Assembly: GCA_038065755.1 (NCBI GenBank)
Contig: JBBTQJ010000031.1
Span: forward strand, 1-59,755
Origin: Patescibacteria group bacterium
GTDB lineage: Bacteria; Patescibacteriota; Minisyncoccia; Minisyncoccales; Staskawiczbacteraceae
DNA: 59,755 nucleotides
Direction of reading: 5' to 3'
Shown here: positions 36,497 through 46,820 of the stretch, in pieces
Numbering within the stretch: position 1 is the stretch's first letter
How the letters are laid out: each line of letters opens with the position of its first letter
Program-made: the position numbers and the translations under genes
The notes under the pieces: model-generated
The model's database searches: none
What the model saw: the letters and a program-made list of their open reading frames with translations, nothing else
What the model was told of the DNA's origin: nothing

Positions 36497-37180
36497 ATGA
36501 TTACAACTATATTTTTTGATCTAGACGGCACGCTTTATCCAGAAGAGGAATTTGTAATAAGCGGATTTTTTGCGGTTTCAGAATATATTTCAAAAAAATA
36601 TAAAATCAGCCGCGGCAAGGTTTTTGGCATTTTGGCTGATGATTTTAAAAAAGGGCTTCGCAAAAAAAACTTTAATGTTTTGTTAAAAAAACTCGGCCTT
36701 AAAAAAGAAACCGTTGAAAAATTAATAAAAATTTACAGAAGCCATTATCCTAAAGAAATTTCACTTTATCCCGATGCCTCAAAAACTTTAAAAGCCCTTA
36801 ATGAAAATTTTAAATTAGGATTGATTACCAATGGTTATAAAAACTCGCAGGCAAATAAAATTTCATCTTTAAAAATTAAAAAATATTTTAAGGCTATATT
36901 TATTGCCACAGAGTTTGAAGACGATAATTGGAAAAAGAGCGTTGTTTCTTTTAATATTTTGCTGAAAAAATTAAAAAGCAAGCCAGAAGAAACAGCATAT
37001 GTGGGAGATAACCCCAAAAGAGATTTTATGGGGGCTAAAAAGATGGGTATTTTATCTATAAGAATAAAAAGGAAGGGGGGCGATTGCTTTAATATTTTGT
37101 CAGGCAAAAAAAATAAGGCAGATTATAATATTTCAAGCCTGCAAAGCGTAGAAAAAATTATAAAAAAAAATGAAAAATAA
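36497..37180 (+). CDS. HAD-superfamily hydrolase
   Basis: 227 aa with FFDLDGTLY, ITNG and VGDNPKRD. Confidence 0.75.
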   Translation: MITTIFFDLDGTLYPEEEFVISGFFAVSEYISKKYKISRGKVFGILADDFKKGLRKKNFNVLLKKLGLKKETVEKLIKIYRSHYPKEISLYPDASKTLKALNENFKLGLITNGYKNSQANKISSLKIKKYFKAIFIATEFEDDNWKKSVVSFNILLKKLKSKPEETAYVGDNPKRDFMGAKKMGILSIRIKRKGGDCFNILSGKKNKADYNISSLQSVEKIIKKNEK

Positions 37181-38135
37181 TATTTTAATTGCGCCAGGGG
37201 GGTCGGGAATGGCAATATCTGCCATAAAGGCGTTAAAACAGGACAAAAATATCCGCATTGTTTCGATCGATTCAGATAAGCTGTCGCCAGGTTTGTATCT
37301 TTCTCATAAGGGATATATTGTGCCCGCCTTTGAAGACAATAAATTTATTCCAGCCATTGAAAAAATAATCAAAAAAGAAAAAATAAATTTAATAATTCCC
37401 GCCTTAGATACGATTTTATTAAGATTTTCAGAGCTAAAATTATTTTTTAAAGAAAAGGGAGCAGACGTATTGGTATCAGAGCAAGAAACAATAAAAATTA
37501 CCCGCGACAAATGGAAAACTTACAACAAACTAAAAGATATCATTCCATTTCCTAAGTCGTTTATAGAAAAAGACAAAACAGATGCTATGTTTCCCCTTTT
37601 TATAAAACCGAGAGAGGGGTCCGGCTCGCAAAATGTTTATAAGGTTGATTCAAAGGAAGATATGGATTTTTATTATAAAAAAATTAAAAATCCGATTATT
37701 CAGGAATATTTAAGCGGGAAAGAGCATACCGTTGACTGTCTGGCAGATAATAAAAATAAGCTTGTTTTAATAATATGCCGGGAAAGAATTGAAACAAAAG
37801 CCGGCATTTCAACAAAGGGCAAAATAGTTAAAAATAAAAAAATTGAAGACATGGCTGTTAAAATTTCAGAGAGTTTAAAATTTTACGGACCTTTCTTTTT
37901 CCAGACAAAAGAAGACAGAAACAGAAACCCGAAACTAACGGAAATTAATGCCAGAATATCTGGAACGATGTCTTTGTCCAGTTTTGCCGGGCCAAATATC
38001 CATATTTTATCCGCAAAAATAAGCAGGGGGGAAAAAATAAAAAAAACAAAAATAAAATACGGAACATATGTTACAAGATATTTAGAGGATATTTATTTGA
38101 CAGAGCAAAAAATAAAAAAAATTCATGAAATATAA
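37170..38135 (+). CDS. ATP-grasp domain ligase
   Basis: 321 aa with FIKPREGSGSQNVYKV, EYLSGKEHTVD and LTEINARISGT. Confidence 0.75.
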   Translation: MKNNILIAPGGSGMAISAIKALKQDKNIRIVSIDSDKLSPGLYLSHKGYIVPAFEDNKFIPAIEKIIKKEKINLIIPALDTILLRFSELKLFFKEKGADVLVSEQETIKITRDKWKTYNKLKDIIPFPKSFIEKDKTDAMFPLFIKPREGSGSQNVYKVDSKEDMDFYYKKIKNPIIQEYLSGKEHTVDCLADNKNKLVLIICRERIETKAGISTKGKIVKNKKIEDMAVKISESLKFYGPFFFQTKEDRNRNPKLTEINARISGTMSLSSFAGPNIHILSAKISRGEKIKKTKIKYGTYVTRYLEDIYLTEQKIKKIHEI

Positions 38136-39252
38136 AATTCCGCTTTCTAGGCCGGATATAAAAGAAAAAGACATAAAAGAAGTAATAAAGGTTTTAAAAA
38201 CCCCATATTTAAGTTTGGGAAAAAAGTATTTGGAATTTGAAAAAATAATAGCTGGGTATGCGGGCGTAAAATATGCGGTGGCTGTAAATTCGGGAACCAG
38301 CGGACTGCACCTTATTATAAAAGCATTAGGCATTAGCGAGGGCGACAAAGTTATTACCACTCCTTTTTCATTTATTGCCTCTTCAAACTGTATTTTATAT
38401 GAAAGAGCCAAGCCGGTTTTTACTGACATAGACGAAAAAACTTTTAATATTGATGTTTCAAAAATTGAAGAAAAAATTACCGGAAAAACTAAGGCGATTT
38501 TAGCGGTAGATGTTTTTTCACAGCCGGCAGACTGGCAGAAATTGGAAAAGACAGCTAAAAAACATAAACTTTTTTTAATTGAAGATTCGGCCGAAGCGCT
38601 GGGTTCTGATTATAAAAATAAAAAATGCGGAAGCTTTGGAGACGCCGCGGTTTTTGCTTTTTTTCCGAACAAGCAAATTACTACGGGCGAGGGAGGGGTT
38701 GTTTTAACCAATAATAAAAATATTTATGAATTGTGCCGCAGTATGGCAAATCAGGGCAGAAAATTAGAAAACGGAAAATGGTTAGAACACATCCGGCTTG
38801 GCTATAATTATCGTTTAGATGAAATGAGTTGCGCCTTGGGAATTTCTCAAATGAAACATTTGGGGGAAATTTTGAAAAAAAGAGCAAGGGTGGCTGAATT
38901 ATATAATAGAAAATTAAAAAATATAAAAGAATTAGAAATTCCTTATATAAAACAGGGAAACAAAATCAGCTGGTTTGTTTATGTGGTAAAATTATCAGAA
39001 AACTTGGCAGGAGAGAAAAGAGATAAAATTATAAAAAAAATGGCAGAAAAAGGAATACAATGCTCAAACTATTTTCAGCCCATTCATTTACAGCCGTTTT
39101 ACAGAAAAGAGTTTCTATATAAAAATGGCGATTTTCCGGTTGCGGAAAATATCAGCAAAAGAACCCTGGCCTTGCCCTTTTTTAATAATTTAACAGAAAA
39201 AGAAATAGATTTTGTCGTTAAAAATTTAAAAGAAATAATTAAAAATGCTTAA
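38125..39252 (+). CDS. DegT/DnrJ/EryC1/StrS-family sugar aminotransferase (PglE-like)
   Basis: 375 aa. The Schiff-base Lys is present (FFPNKQITTGEGG), along with AVNSGTSGLHL. Confidence 0.9.
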   Translation: MKYKIPLSRPDIKEKDIKEVIKVLKTPYLSLGKKYLEFEKIIAGYAGVKYAVAVNSGTSGLHLIIKALGISEGDKVITTPFSFIASSNCILYERAKPVFTDIDEKTFNIDVSKIEEKITGKTKAILAVDVFSQPADWQKLEKTAKKHKLFLIEDSAEALGSDYKNKKCGSFGDAAVFAFFPNKQITTGEGGVVLTNNKNIYELCRSMANQGRKLENGKWLEHIRLGYNYRLDEMSCALGISQMKHLGEILKKRARVAELYNRKLKNIKELEIPYIKQGNKISWFVYVVKLSENLAGEKRDKIIKKMAEKGIQCSNYFQPIHLQPFYRKEFLYKNGDFPVAENISKRTLALPFFNNLTEKEIDFVVKNLKEIIKNA

Positions 39253-41110
39253 ATTTATTTTTAGAAAAACGGCGCTGACTAAAACCATATTTTTTGCAAC
39301 GGGTGATGTTTTTTTGATATCTTTAGCTGTGTGGCTGTCTTTTTTAACAAGGTTTGACGCCAAAATACCTTCTCAGTATTTTCCTTTTATTTTTAGAATG
39401 ATTATTTTGGCAATAGTTTTTACCGTTCCGACATTTTATTTCCAAAAGCTTTATTCTTTTTCCTGGTCTTACGTGTCGGCGTCAGAGGCGATTTATTTAT
39501 TTCGGGCTACAACCATTTCTTTTTTGTTTTTAGGAATTGCCATTTATATATCTGATTATTTCCCGCATTTTATCAATTTTCCCAGGGCAACTATTTTTAT
39601 AAGTTATTTTTTAGTTTTATTTTTTTGCGGAGGGCTTCGTTTTTCCAAAAGAATTTATTTGCATATTAAAGGGTCTAATAGAATGGCAGATAAAGAAAAG
39701 GCTTTGATAGTGGGGGCCGGAGACTCGGGAGAGCAAATTTTAAGAAGCATAATATCTTCTAACGACACCCCTTATTTTCCGGTTGGATTTATTGACGACA
39801 GCCCCATAAAACAAGGAGCAACAATTCACGGCCTAAAAGTATTTGGAAAAATTTTGGATATTCCGAAAATTGTAGAAAAAAACCAGATAAAACAAATAAT
39901 TATTGCCCTGCCTTCGGCCGGCAATAAAATAATCAAGAAAACAATTGAGCTGGCAAGATCGGCTGGTGTTAAAAAAATTAAAATTGCGCCGTCTTTGGAA
40001 AAGATTATAAGCGGCAAAGTTTCTTTTAAAAATCTTAAAAACGTTGAGGCAGAAGATTTGTTGGGAAGAGAAGAGGTTATTTTAAATATGAAGGAAATAG
40101 AAAATTTTATAAAAAACAAGCCTATTTTAATTACCGGAGCGGCTGGTTCTATAGGATCAGAACTTTCAAGGCAGGTATCAAAGTTCAATCCCTCTCTGCT
40201 TTTATTGCTTGACCAGGATGAAACCGGTATTTTCAATATTTCAAAAGAGCTGGAAAATAAATTTTCAGATGTTAAAATTGTGTCTTTGGTGGCAGATATA
40301 AGAGACAGGCCGGAAATTGATTATATTTTTAAAAAATTTCAGCCTAAAATTATTTTTCACGCGGCGGCTTACAAACACGTCCCTTTAATGGAAAAAAATA
40401 TTGCAGAGGCTGTAAAAAATAATATTTTTGGCGTAAAAACACTGGCCGAAGCCAGTTTGGCTTCGGGGGCAGAAAAATTTATTTTAATTTCTACCGACAA
40501 AGCGGTAAATCCCGCTTCTGTGATGGGAGCCACAAAAAGAGCCGGAGAAATGATTTGCCAGGCCTATAACCAAAAAAATAACACAAAATTTATTTCCGTA
40601 AGATTTGGCAATGTTTTAGACAGCAGGGGGAGCGTCATACCCTCATTTCGCGAACAGATAAAAAAAGGGGGGCCGGTAGAAGTGACCCATCCTGATATGA
40701 AAAGATATTTTATGTTAATTCCAGAGGCCTGTTTGTTGGTTATGCAAGCAGGAGCTATGGGCAAGGGCGGAGAAGTATTTGTTTTAGATATGGGAAAACC
40801 GATTAAAATTTTAGATCTGGCCAAAGAAATGATAAAATTATCCGGATTTGAACCAGACAAAGATATGCCTATTGTTTTTGTGGGGACAAGGCCGGGGGAA
40901 AAATTATTTGAAGAAATTTTAACCGCAAAAGAAGGAGTTGTCGCCACCTGCAACCAAAAAATTTTTATGGCAAAGCTTTCCGATATTGCCCTAAAAGATT
41001 TTGAAGAAAAATTAAAAAAATTAGAGGAGGCGGTTCAAAATTTTGAAAAAGAAAAAATAACAAACTGCCTTAAAGAGCTGGTTCCCTATTACAACCCCCA
41101 AAAATTATAA
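39245..41110 (+). CDS. membrane-anchored UDP-HexNAc 4,6-dehydratase (PglF/CapD family)
   Basis: 621 aa. N-terminal TM helices are followed by VGAGDSGEQ, LITGAAGSIGSEL, STDKAVNP and MGATKRAGE. Confidence 0.85.
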   Translation: MLKFIFRKTALTKTIFFATGDVFLISLAVWLSFLTRFDAKIPSQYFPFIFRMIILAIVFTVPTFYFQKLYSFSWSYVSASEAIYLFRATTISFLFLGIAIYISDYFPHFINFPRATIFISYFLVLFFCGGLRFSKRIYLHIKGSNRMADKEKALIVGAGDSGEQILRSIISSNDTPYFPVGFIDDSPIKQGATIHGLKVFGKILDIPKIVEKNQIKQIIIALPSAGNKIIKKTIELARSAGVKKIKIAPSLEKIISGKVSFKNLKNVEAEDLLGREEVILNMKEIENFIKNKPILITGAAGSIGSELSRQVSKFNPSLLLLLDQDETGIFNISKELENKFSDVKIVSLVADIRDRPEIDYIFKKFQPKIIFHAAAYKHVPLMEKNIAEAVKNNIFGVKTLAEASLASGAEKFILISTDKAVNPASVMGATKRAGEMICQAYNQKNNTKFISVRFGNVLDSRGSVIPSFREQIKKGGPVEVTHPDMKRYFMLIPEACLLVMQAGAMGKGGEVFVLDMGKPIKILDLAKEMIKLSGFEPDKDMPIVFVGTRPGEKLFEEILTAKEGVVATCNQKIFMAKLSDIALKDFEEKLKKLEEAVQNFEKEKITNCLKELVPYYNPQKL

Positions 41111-41175
41111 TATTTATTATAATTACAATGTATGATATAATGAAAAAATCTAATATAGATTTTTTTATTTGTTTT

Positions 41176-42933
41176 ATGAAAACCAAAAAGAAATTTAAAA
41201 ACCTGCCATCTGCTATCGGTATTTGTAGGAGAAAAATCATATTTATTGCAACGGCGTTTTTTTGCTTGTTTGCGGCTTTTGGCGCGTTGGCAACAAACCA
41301 AAACGAGGTTATTAATTTTTACATAGATAAAAGTTTTGATTCTTCCGAAAGAACACAAGTTTCAGCCGTTATGGTTGGAAACACCAAAAATCTTTATTTT
41401 TATATTGAAGAAAACTGGTGGAATTTGCAACTGCCAGATAAAAAGAGTGAAATTTTGGCTAATTTAAATAATCTGTCAAAAGAATTTGACAGCAAAATTT
41501 ATCCAATACTGACCTCTGTTTTTGGATATGAATGGAAGCCTGGCGTTGACGGAGATGAAAAAATTACAATTTTATTCCATTCAATGAAAGAGGATTCAGC
41601 CGGCTATTTTAGGACAGCCGATGAATACATAAAACTTCAATTGCCAAACTCCAACGAAAGAGAAATGTTGTATTTGTCTTTGTCTTTTATCAACAGCCCG
41701 CAGTTAAAAGGTTTTCTGAGCCACGAGTTTTTGCACCTAATAAGTTTTAATCAAAAAGAAAGAGCTTTTAATATAGAAGAAGAAATATGGCTAAACGAAG
41801 CCAGGGCGGATTATTCTTTAAACATTTTAGGATACGACGACCAATATGAAGGAAGCAACCTTCAAAGAAGAGTTAGGGCTTTTTTGGAAAAGCCCACAGA
41901 TTCTTTAACCGAGTGGCAGGGCAAGAAATATGATTATGGAGTTGTAAGCCTTTTTACGTATTATATGGCAGACCACTATGGAATAAACATTTTAACAGAT
42001 TCTTTAAAATCAAAAACAGTTGGAGTTTCCAGCATAAACGAAGCTCTGCAAAAAAATGGAATAAAAGAAACATTCTCGCAAATTTTTACCAACTGGACAA
42101 TAACTGTTGCTTTAAACGATTGTTCTTTGGGTCCAAAATATTGTTATTTGAATAAAAATCTTAAAAATTTTAAAATAAGTTCAAATATTAATTTTTTACC
42201 GCTGTCTGGAAATAGTTTTTTATCTGTTACCAACGTTACAAAAAATTGGTCGGGAAATTGGCAAAAAATAATTGGGGGAAACGGCAAGCTCAAACTGGAA
42301 TTTTCCAGCCTGACCGGGCTTGATTTTAAACTGCCATATATTATTGAAGATAAAAATAATAATTATTCAATAAATTTTTTAGACCTTGATAAAAATGAAA
42401 AAGGAGAAATCAATATTGAAAAATTTGGCGCAGACGTCAAATCTTTGATTATCATTCCCTCTTTGCAGACAAAAATGTCCGGCTTTGACGACTTGGAATT
42501 TACTTATCCGTATACAATTAATATTTCTGTTGCAGGAGCTGTGTCGCCCGACGAGCAGGCAACCATTCAAAAACTTTTAGAGCAAATAGATTATTTAAAA
42601 AAAGAAATCGCTAAAATTTTAGCTCAAAAAAACAACGGTCCCGAAAATCAAAATCAAGCTGTCTGCCGTCAGTTAAACAATAATCTTTATTTTGGCATAA
42701 AAAACAGCGAGGAAGTAAAATGCCTGCAAAGTTTTTTAAAATCAGAAGGAGAAGATATTTATAAAGAAGGGTTTGTTACCGGAAATTTTGGCAATTTAAC
42801 AAAATTAGCCGTAATTCGCTTTCAGGAAAAATACGCTTCTGAAATTTTAAACTCCATAGGGCTGCAAAAAGGCACGGGTTTTGTCGGCCCAAAAACAAGA
42901 CTAAAAATTAACAGCATTTTAACAGCCAGATAA
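41176..42933 (+). CDS. secreted HExxH (gluzincin-like) protein with C-terminal peptidoglycan-binding domain
   Basis: I chose the start at MKTKKKFKNL..., which has a signal-like hydrophobic stretch FFCLFAAFGALA. Motifs are HEFLH...WLNEARADY and a C-terminal PG_binding_1-like LQSFLKSEG...GNFGNLTKLAVIRFQEKY. Confidence 0.6.
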   Translation: MKTKKKFKNLPSAIGICRRKIIFIATAFFCLFAAFGALATNQNEVINFYIDKSFDSSERTQVSAVMVGNTKNLYFYIEENWWNLQLPDKKSEILANLNNLSKEFDSKIYPILTSVFGYEWKPGVDGDEKITILFHSMKEDSAGYFRTADEYIKLQLPNSNEREMLYLSLSFINSPQLKGFLSHEFLHLISFNQKERAFNIEEEIWLNEARADYSLNILGYDDQYEGSNLQRRVRAFLEKPTDSLTEWQGKKYDYGVVSLFTYYMADHYGINILTDSLKSKTVGVSSINEALQKNGIKETFSQIFTNWTITVALNDCSLGPKYCYLNKNLKNFKISSNINFLPLSGNSFLSVTNVTKNWSGNWQKIIGGNGKLKLEFSSLTGLDFKLPYIIEDKNNNYSINFLDLDKNEKGEINIEKFGADVKSLIIIPSLQTKMSGFDDLEFTYPYTINISVAGAVSPDEQATIQKLLEQIDYLKKEIAKILAQKNNGPENQNQAVCRQLNNNLYFGIKNSEEVKCLQSFLKSEGEDIYKEGFVTGNFGNLTKLAVIRFQEKYASEILNSIGLQKGTGFVGPKTRLKINSILTAR

Positions 42934-43865
42934 TGAATTTTCAAAAAAATGTTTTACTTAAAAATTATACTACCTTTAAAATCGGAGGGCCTGCTGAATA
43001 TTTTTTAATTATAAAGAAAATAGAAGATTTTTTTGAAGCCGTAAAATTTGCAAAAAAAAATAAATTAATAATAACAGTTGTGGGAGGAGGAAGTAATTTG
43101 TTAGTTTCTGACAAAGGGCTAAAGGGGCTGGTTGTTAAAATTGAAAACACAAACATTGAGGTTAAAAAAAAATTAGTTTTAGCCGGGGCTGGAACAAGAC
43201 TGGAAAACTTGGTTAACTTTTGCAAAAGCAATAATTTAAAGGGATTTGAGTGGGCCTCTGGCATACCGGGGACAATTGGAGGCGCTGTTTATGGAAATGC
43301 TCAGGCTTTTGGAACAAAAATGGCTGATTTAATAAAAAATATAGAAGCCATAGATATAAAAACTTTAAAAATTATAAATTTGTCAAAAGAGAGATGCGAG
43401 TTTCGCCTGAAAAATAGCATTTTTAAAAAAAATAAAAACCTGGTAATTATTTCAGCCTCTTTTCTTTTGAAAAAAGGAAACAAAGAAGAAATTAGAGCAA
43501 AAATTAAAGAATATAAAGATTACAGAAAAAAAAGACATCCCACAAACTTTCCTTCGGCCGGCTCTGTTTTCGTAAATCCCGAAATAATTATTAAAAATAA
43601 AAAGTTATTAAAAAAATTTACAGAGTTAAAAGATTTTAATAAAAAAGGGGCAATTCATACGGGATATTTGATTGAAAAATCTGGCCTTAAAGGAAAAAAA
43701 ATAGGCAGGGCCCAGATTTCAGAAAAGCATGCTAATTTTATAATAAACCTCGGAGGAGCCAAAGCAAAAGATGTTTTAAAACTTATAATAACAGCAAAAC
43801 AAAAAGTTAAAAAAACATTTGGCATTGATTTGGTTCAGGAGGTGCAATTAATAGGTTTTAATTAA
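42933..43865 (+). CDS. murB: UDP-N-acetylenolpyruvoylglucosamine reductase
   Basis: 310 aa with LKNYTTFKIGGPAEYF and GGGSNLLVSDKG. It has a TAATG overlap with the upstream gene. Confidence 0.9.
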   Translation: MNFQKNVLLKNYTTFKIGGPAEYFLIIKKIEDFFEAVKFAKKNKLIITVVGGGSNLLVSDKGLKGLVVKIENTNIEVKKKLVLAGAGTRLENLVNFCKSNNLKGFEWASGIPGTIGGAVYGNAQAFGTKMADLIKNIEAIDIKTLKIINLSKERCEFRLKNSIFKKNKNLVIISASFLLKKGNKEEIRAKIKEYKDYRKKRHPTNFPSAGSVFVNPEIIIKNKKLLKKFTELKDFNKKGAIHTGYLIEKSGLKGKKIGRAQISEKHANFIINLGGAKAKDVLKLIITAKQKVKKTFGIDLVQEVQLIGFN

Positions 43866-43885
43866 AATTGAATATATTAATATAT

Positions 43886-44263
43886 ATGAAAATAATAATT
43901 ACAACCAAAAACTTAGAGCTTACAGAGGATTTTAAAGATTTTATTGAAGAAAAAATAGGCAGCCTTGAAAAATTTATAAAGCCGTTTGAAAAAGAAAACG
44001 GTTTTGAAAAAGGCAAAGACGCGGTGGAGTTTTTAGTAGAGGCCGAAAAAGAAACAAAACACCATAAAAATGGCCAGATTTTTAAAATTAAGGCAAAAGC
44101 CAATTTACAAGGAAAATTATTGATAGCAAGTTCAAAAAATAATGATTTAAGCCGGGCCTTGATTGAAGTTAAAGATGAACTGCAACAGGAAATTAAAAAA
44201 TATAAATTAAAGAAAAAAGATTTGGCAATAAGGAAACAAAGAAAAATTAGAAATAAAATTTAA
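43886..44263 (+). CDS. hpf: ribosome hibernation-promoting factor / RaiA family
   Basis: MKIIITTKNLELTEDFKDFIEEKIGSLEKF. I chose the internal ATG at 43886. Confidence 0.75.
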   Translation: MKIIITTKNLELTEDFKDFIEEKIGSLEKFIKPFEKENGFEKGKDAVEFLVEAEKETKHHKNGQIFKIKAKANLQGKLLIASSKNNDLSRALIEVKDELQQEIKKYKLKKKDLAIRKQRKIRNKI

Positions 44264-44283
44264 TACAAAAAAATACAACTTGT

Positions 44284-44312
44284 AAAACCGCATTGAATAA
44301 ATGCGGTTTTTT
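44284..44312 (+). terminator. rho-independent terminator after hpf
   Basis: The stem is AAAACCGCAT / ATGCGGTTTT with a 7-nt loop, followed by a T6 run. Confidence 0.75.
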
Positions 44313-44329
44313 GTATAAGATTAACAATT

Positions 44330-46819
44330 ATGAGTATATTTTCTAATATTTTTGGAGACGCTAATAAAAAATATATAAAAGACCTTGGGCCTGCGATAGA
44401 AGAAATAAATCTTTTAGAAAAAGACTTTGAAAAATTATCTGGCAACGAATTAAAAGAAAAGACAGAAGAATTAAAAAAAGAACTAGCCCTAGGAAAAACA
44501 TTAGAAGATATTTTATCTCCTGCTTTTGCTTTGGTCAGAGAGGCCTCAAAAAGAAATTTAAACCAAAGGCACTTTGACGCGCAAATAATAGGCGGAATTG
44601 TTTTACACCAGGGAAAAGTTGCTGAAATGAAAACCGGAGAAGGAAAAACTTTAGCTGCCACCTTGCCCGCATATTTAAATGCGTTAGATGGCAAGGGGGC
44701 GCATATTATTACGGTTAACGATTATTTAGCCAAAAGAGACACGGTTTGGATGGGGCAAATTTATGATGCGCTTGGACTAAAAACAGGATGCATAACTCAC
44801 GAGGGAGGGTATGTTTATGACTCAAATTTTAAAATAGAAAACGACAAAGAGAGAGATATAGTAGGGGGATTTAAGGTGGTGCAGGAATTTTTAAGGCCCT
44901 GCTCAAAAAAAGAAGCATATTCATCCGATATTACATATGGCACAAACCATGAATTTGGTTTTGATTATTTGAGAGACAATATGATTTATGATTTGCAGGA
45001 AAAGTCTCAGCGCGGATTTAATTTTGCCATTGTTGACGAAGTGGATTCAATTTTAATTGACGAGGCAAGGGTGCCCTTGATAATTTCCGGCCAAAGCGAT
45101 GAATCAACGGAAAAATATTATCAGTTTGCTAAAATTGTAAGTTTTTTGAAAGAAAAAGAAGATTATGAAATTGACGAGAAAATGAAAACAGCGGTTTTCA
45201 CAGAGCAAGGCCAAGACAAAGCTGTAAAAAGCCTGGGTTTTGACCCTTGGCAGGATAACGATATTAATTCAACCCATCAGTTAGAGTCTGCTTTAAGGGC
45301 AAAGGCGTTGTTTTTAAAAGACAGAGATTATGTTGTAAAATCAGGAGAAGTAATAATTATTGACGAATTTACAGGAAGAATGCTTCCGGGCCGCCGTTGG
45401 TCTTCCGGGCTTCACCAGGCAGTAGAAGCAAAAGAAGGGGCCTTGATAAAACCAGAATCAAAAACTTTGGCAACCATTACTTTTCAAAATTATTTTAGGC
45501 TTTATAAGAAAATAGCTGGTATGACGGGCACTGCCCAGACTTCGGCCGAAGAGCTTGATAAGGTGTATAAGTTAGACGTTGTTTCAATCCCCACAAACAA
45601 ACCAATGCAAAGGCAGGATTTTCCAGACAGCATTTATAAAACAGAAGCAGGAAAATTAAAAGCCGCAATAAAAGACATAAAAGAGCTTAATAAAAAAGGC
45701 CAGCCGGTTTTAGTGGGAACAAGATCGGTTGAAAAAAATGAATATCTTGGAAAATTATTAGAGATTGAGGGAATTCCCCATCAAGTTTTAAACGCCAAAA
45801 ACCACGAAAAAGAAGGAGAAATTATTGCCCAAGCAGGGAGAGAGGGAGCTGTAACCATTGCCACAAATATGGCAGGCAGGGGAGTAGACATAATTCTTGG
45901 AGGCAATCCAAAAGACGAAGAAAAGAGCAAAAAAGTTTGCAAACTTGGAGGTTTGTTTGTTATTGGAACGGAAAGGCATGAGGCAAGAAGAATAGATAAC
46001 CAGCTAAGGGGAAGGTCGGGCAGGCAGGGAGATCCGGGGGCTTCGCAGTTTTATGTTTCTTTAGAAGACGATTTAATGCGTATTTTCGGCGGAGATAAAA
46101 TAAAGTCTGTAATGACGGCCTTAAATATGCCAGAAGACCAGCCTATTCAGGCCAATATGATTTCAGGGGCGCTTGAATCGGCCCAGCAAAAAATTGAAGG
46201 ATTTAACTTTGACGCCAGGCACCATCTTTTGGAATACGACGACGTAATGAACAAGCACAGGGAAGTTATTTATAAAAAAAGAAATGAAATTTTGGGACGT
46301 CAGACATACCAAAATATTGGGATGTCTGACGTCACAATGCCTGATGGTCAAAATAGTTTAAGGGAATATATTTTAAACATTATTAAAAAGGCAGGATATA
46401 AAGAAGAAGATTATTTAAAGAAAGAAAAAGAATTAGGAGAACAAAATATGCGTCAGCTTGAAAAATTTGTAAGTTTGCAAATAATAGACAATCTTTGGCA
46501 GGAGCACCTTTCAAATATGGAACATGTAAGGGATTCGGTCCGGCTAAGGGCATATGGCGGAAAAGATCCTTTGGTAGAATATAAAAATGAAGGCAGAAAA
46601 ATGTTTTACCAGCTTTTAGAAGAAATTGACACAAACATCGCCAACAACATTTTGAAAGCCAGTTTGCCTCAACAAAATACAGCATCGCGGAAATATATTG
46701 ATGGTAATGCGCGCGGAAAAAATAATAGTGCGACATCGGATGTCGCACAAACTATCGGCCGCAACGATCCCTGCCCTTGCGGTTCCGGCAAAAAATACAA
46801 AAAATGCCATGGGAAATAA
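44330..46819 (+). CDS. secA: preprotein translocase ATPase SecA
   Basis: 829 aa with MKTGEGKTLAATLPAYLNAL, the DEAD-like VDEVDSILIDEA, and the C-terminal zinc motif CPCGSGKKYKKCHG. Confidence 0.97.
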   Translation: MSIFSNIFGDANKKYIKDLGPAIEEINLLEKDFEKLSGNELKEKTEELKKELALGKTLEDILSPAFALVREASKRNLNQRHFDAQIIGGIVLHQGKVAEMKTGEGKTLAATLPAYLNALDGKGAHIITVNDYLAKRDTVWMGQIYDALGLKTGCITHEGGYVYDSNFKIENDKERDIVGGFKVVQEFLRPCSKKEAYSSDITYGTNHEFGFDYLRDNMIYDLQEKSQRGFNFAIVDEVDSILIDEARVPLIISGQSDESTEKYYQFAKIVSFLKEKEDYEIDEKMKTAVFTEQGQDKAVKSLGFDPWQDNDINSTHQLESALRAKALFLKDRDYVVKSGEVIIIDEFTGRMLPGRRWSSGLHQAVEAKEGALIKPESKTLATITFQNYFRLYKKIAGMTGTAQTSAEELDKVYKLDVVSIPTNKPMQRQDFPDSIYKTEAGKLKAAIKDIKELNKKGQPVLVGTRSVEKNEYLGKLLEIEGIPHQVLNAKNHEKEGEIIAQAGREGAVTIATNMAGRGVDIILGGNPKDEEKSKKVCKLGGLFVIGTERHEARRIDNQLRGRSGRQGDPGASQFYVSLEDDLMRIFGGDKIKSVMTALNMPEDQPIQANMISGALESAQQKIEGFNFDARHHLLEYDDVMNKHREVIYKKRNEILGRQTYQNIGMSDVTMPDGQNSLREYILNIIKKAGYKEEDYLKKEKELGEQNMRQLEKFVSLQIIDNLWQEHLSNMEHVRDSVRLRAYGGKDPLVEYKNEGRKMFYQLLEEIDTNIANNILKASLPQQNTASRKYIDGNARGKNNSATSDVAQTIGRNDPCPCGSGKKYKKCHGK

Positions 46820-46820
46820 T

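Noticed and set aside
46698-46820. Upstream start at 46698 for the MutT-like Nudix gene.
   Set aside because: It would overlap the last 122 nt of secA in another frame. The ATG at 46821, 2 nt after the secA stop, gives a normal-length Nudix protein.
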